A DNA stretch of 24,455 nt from a virus (lineage: Duplodnaviria; Heunggongvirae; Uroviricota; Caudoviricetes), in IMG/VR virus record IMGVR_UViG_2778261278_000008. One strand, given 5' to 3'. Shown piece after piece: positions 21,834-24,455 of the stretch. The notes beneath the pieces were generated by a model. That model saw nothing but the letters and a program-made list of their open reading frames with translations. It ran no database searches and was not told the origin of the DNA. Position 1 is the first letter of the stretch. Every line of letters begins with the position of its first letter. The translations under genes were made by a program, and so were the position numbers.

Positions 21834-22730
21834 ATGCCCGCCGTTGACCTTTCCCAGTTACCGGAACCCGCCATCATCGCGGAGCCTGACTTTGAAGCAA
21901 TTCTGGCTGACACAAAGGCCATGATGATTGCGTCCTATCCTGCCGAACAGCGTGAAGCCGTCTCCGTCGCGCTGGAGCTGGAATCGGAGCCCCTGAACGT
22001 TATCGCCCAGACAACAGCGTTTCGTGAAATGCTGTTACGCCAGCGGGTCAATGAGGGTGCACGCGCCTGCATGCTAAGCCACAGCGCCGGGACAGACCTG
22101 GACAACCTCGCGGGCAATATGAACACAAAGCGCCTGGTTATCACTCCGGCAACGGATACCACCGACGCGGTGATGGAAAGTGACACCTCACTGAGACTGC
22201 GGGCGCAACGGGCGTATGACGGTCTGAGTGTTGCTGGCCCGTCAGGTGCATACGAGTATTTTGCACGCAGCGCCAGCGGTCTGGTACGCGACGCGCGGGC
22301 CATCAGCCCGTCTCCGGCCAACGTGACGGTTTCCATCCTGTCCACTGAGGGCGACGGCACAGCAACGGAGGCGTTGCTTAATACCGTTCGCGCCGTTCTG
22401 AATGCAGAGGATACCCGCCCGGTGGCCGACCGCCTGACCGTACAGAGCGCCAGAATCGTGACATGGCGGCTGAATGCAAAACTGTACTTTTACCCTGGCC
22501 CGGAATCCGAACCTATTCTGGCTGCGGCTGAATCGTCGTTCAGGAAGTGGCTGGCTGAGCAGGGGCTTATCGGTCAGGACGTGGCGTTGTCCGCCATTGC
22601 TGCCGCACTGCATGTGCATGGTGTGCAACGCGTGGAGATAATCGAACCCACACAGAATATGGCCATCAGCGACATACAGGCGGCGCGCTGTGAGTCGTTC
22701 ACCATCAGCGAAGGTGGGCGTAATGAGTAA
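21834..22730 (+). CDS. J: Baseplate assembly protein J (P2 gpJ family)
   Basis: 298-aa ORF, size and position as P2 J (about 302 aa). GAGGGAG RBS. Confidence 0.85.
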   Translation: MPAVDLSQLPEPAIIAEPDFEAILADTKAMMIASYPAEQREAVSVALELESEPLNVIAQTTAFREMLLRQRVNEGARACMLSHSAGTDLDNLAGNMNTKRLVITPATDTTDAVMESDTSLRLRAQRAYDGLSVAGPSGAYEYFARSASGLVRDARAISPSPANVTVSILSTEGDGTATEALLNTVRAVLNAEDTRPVADRLTVQSARIVTWRLNAKLYFYPGPESEPILAAAESSFRKWLAEQGLIGQDVALSAIAAALHVHGVQRVEIIEPTQNMAISDIQAARCESFTISEGGRNE

Positions 22731-23253
22731 TTCGTTGTTACCACCATCAGCCAGCAATTTCATGCGTTGTGCCGAAGCTGTCGGAACGCGCATTACAGAC
22801 ATCCCGGTAGACCTCAACACGCTGTGGTCGCCGGACACCTGCCCGGTGCACCTGCTGCCTTATCTCGCCTGGGCATTTTCCGTTGACCGCTGGGATCGCA
22901 ACTGGCCGGAAGAGACAAAACGACAGGTGATTCGTGATGCATGGCTGATACACCGACACAAGGGAACCATCAGCGCACTGCGCCGGGCCATTGAGCCGCT
23001 GGGGTACCTCATTCGTGTGTTTGAGTGGTGGGAGTTCGGCGGAGAACCGGGAACATTTACCGTTGAAGTGGGCACGCTGGACAGTGGCGTGACGGAGGAA
23101 ATGTATCTGGAAATGGAGCGGTTGATTGCTGATGCCCGCCCGGTCAGCCGCCACATGACAGGGCTGAATATCATTCAGGAGATCCCGGGAGATATTTTCG
23201 CGGCGGCAGCAACTTACGACGGTGAAGTCATTACCATTTATCCGGACGATTAA
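22723..23253 (+). CDS. I: Baseplate/tail protein I (P2 gpI family)
   Basis: Start at ATG 22723 (AAGGTGGG RBS), giving 176 aa, the P2 I length as recalled. The track start at 22690 overlaps J. Confidence 0.85.
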   Translation: MSNSLLPPSASNFMRCAEAVGTRITDIPVDLNTLWSPDTCPVHLLPYLAWAFSVDRWDRNWPEETKRQVIRDAWLIHRHKGTISALRRAIEPLGYLIRVFEWWEFGGEPGTFTVEVGTLDSGVTEEMYLEMERLIADARPVSRHMTGLNIIQEIPGDIFAAAATYDGEVITIYPDD

Positions 23254-23255
23254 GC

Positions 23256-24455
23256 ATGAGTACCACAACACGTAAATTTAAAACCGTTATCACCGATACG
23301 GGTGCCAAAAAATTAGCTCAGGCAGCCGCGCCAGATGGTAAGCCTGTCCGCCTGACTCATATGGCCGTGGGCGACGGTGACGGTACACTGCCCACACCTG
23401 ACAGTAAGCAGACCCGTCTGGTGCATGAGGTGTGGCGACATACTGTTAATCGCGTCATCCTGGACGCAACACATCAGAACCGCATTATTGCAGAGCTGGT
23501 TATTCCTCCTGAAACGGGCGGATTCTGGATCCGGGAAATTGGTGTATTTGATGAGCACGGCGATTTAATCGCGGTGGGCAATACTGCCGAAAGTTACAAG
23601 CCAGCCGTTGCCGAAGGGTCCGGTCGTGCACAAACATTTCGCACCATTCTGACCGTATCCAGCACAGCCACCGTGGCGCTTACCGTGGATAACACCATGG
23701 TGATGGCCACAGTGGATTACGTGGATGACAAACTGAAAGAGCATGAACAGTCACGACGTCACCCGGACGCCTCGCTGACCGCAAAAGGTTTTACTCAGCT
23801 AAGCAGCGCGACCAACAGCACGTCTGAAACACTGGCCGCAACGCCGAAAGCGGTAAAGGCAGCATATGACCTTGCTAACGGGAAATACACTGCACAGGAC
23901 GCCACCACCGCGCGAAAAGGCCTTGTTCAGCTTAGTAGCGCCACCAACAGCGATTCTGAAACGCTTGCGGCAACACCAAAGGCGGTTAAGACAGCGTATG
24001 ACCTTGCTAACGGGAAATACACTGCACAGGATGCCACCACGGCGCGAAAAGGCCTTGTTCAGCTCAGTAGTGCGACCAACAGCACGTCTGAAACGCTCGC
24101 CGCAACGCCGAAAGCGGTAAAGGCAGCATATGACCTTGCTAACGGGAAATACACTGCACAGGACGCCACCACCGCGCGAAAAGGCCTTGTTCAGCTTAGT
24201 AGCGCCACCAACAGCGATTCTGAAACGCTTGCGGCAACACCAAAGGCGGTTAAGACAGCGTATGACCTTGCTAACGGGAAATACACTGCACAGGATGCCA
24301 CCACTGCGCGAAAAGGTCTTGTCCAGCTAAGTAGCGCCACCAACAGTGATTCTGAAACCCTCGCGGCAACGCCAAAAGCAGTGAAGTCTGCCTATGACAA
24401 TGCTGAAAAACGTCTTCAGAAAGATCAGAACGGTGCGGATATTCCGGGAAAGGAT
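23256..24455 (+). CDS. H: Tail fibre protein H (P2 gpH family), 5' part; truncated by window end
   Basis: Open frame from ATG 23256 to the window end (400 codons, no stop). N-terminus and the ESYKPA..AEGSGR and DYVDDK..EHEQSRRHPDASLTAKGFTQLSSATNSTSETLAATPKAVK block match P2 H as recalled. Absent from the ORF track because it has no stop in the window. Confidence 0.9.
   Translation, partial: MSTTTRKFKTVITDTGAKKLAQAAAPDGKPVRLTHMAVGDGDGTLPTPDSKQTRLVHEVWRHTVNRVILDATHQNRIIAELVIPPETGGFWIREIGVFDEHGDLIAVGNTAESYKPAVAEGSGRAQTFRTILTVSSTATVALTVDNTMVMATVDYVDDKLKEHEQSRRHPDASLTAKGFTQLSSATNSTSETLAATPKAVKAAYDLANGKYTAQDATTARKGLVQLSSATNSDSETLAATPKAVKTAYDLANGKYTAQDATTARKGLVQLSSATNSTSETLAATPKAVKAAYDLANGKYTAQDATTARKGLVQLSSATNSDSETLAATPKAVKTAYDLANGKYTAQDATTARKGLVQLSSATNSDSETLAATPKAVKSAYDNAEKRLQKDQNGADIPGKD
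23778..24403 (+). repeat. Tandem 132-bp (44-codon) in-frame repeat array inside gene H, about 4.7 copies with two alternating variants
   Basis: The marker ATGACCTTGCTAACGGGAAATACAC recurs at 23866, 23998, 24130 and 24262 (period 132). Units alternate NSTSE...KAAY and NSDSE...KTAY, giving a 264-bp higher-order period. Confidence 0.85.

Noticed and set aside
23866-24330. Two 66-84-aa ORFs beginning MTLLTGNTLH on the plus strand
   Set aside because: They are off-frame readings of the 132-bp tandem repeat inside tail-fibre gene H; the real frame is the open H frame starting at 23256.
23778-24403. Possible CRISPR array suggested by regular repeats
   Set aside because: The period is 132 bp with no unique spacers between units, the repeats are in frame within a tail-fibre gene, and there are no cas genes. 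It is a protein-coding tandem repeat.

Overview
This window reads as most of a P2-like (Peduovirus-type) temperate prophage from an enterobacterial host, entered at the 3' end of the integrase gene and ending inside tail-fibre gene H. All calls rest on reading the six-frame translations and on recalled family features; no database search or computation was run. Layout: (1) lysogeny module on the minus strand, with int (1-1002) and an XRE-type repressor (2051-2455) separated by two extra low-GC genes; (2) a divergent early operon on the plus strand (RHH protein, Cox-like protein, about ten small ORFs, then the rolling-circle replication endonuclease gpA at 6274-9096), interrupted by a 330-bp noncoding island with an intrinsic terminator and repeated motifs; (3) a variable cargo slot between gene A and the portal gene, holding a ParM/ParR-like actin-type partition pair with upstream palindromic repeats, a zinc-ribbon-like ORF, an AT-rich 3-TM membrane protein gene on the opposite strand, and a 530-bp repeat-rich noncoding stretch where cos is expected; (4) late genes Q-P (minus) and O-N-M-L-X-holin-endolysin-spanins-R-S-V-W-J-I-H (plus). 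No rRNA, tRNA, CRISPR array or IS element was seen. The most interesting candidates are the partition-like module in the A-Q cargo slot, the AT-rich membrane-protein moron beside it, and the two-gene insertion between repressor and integrase whose first protein repeats the repressor C-terminal motif.
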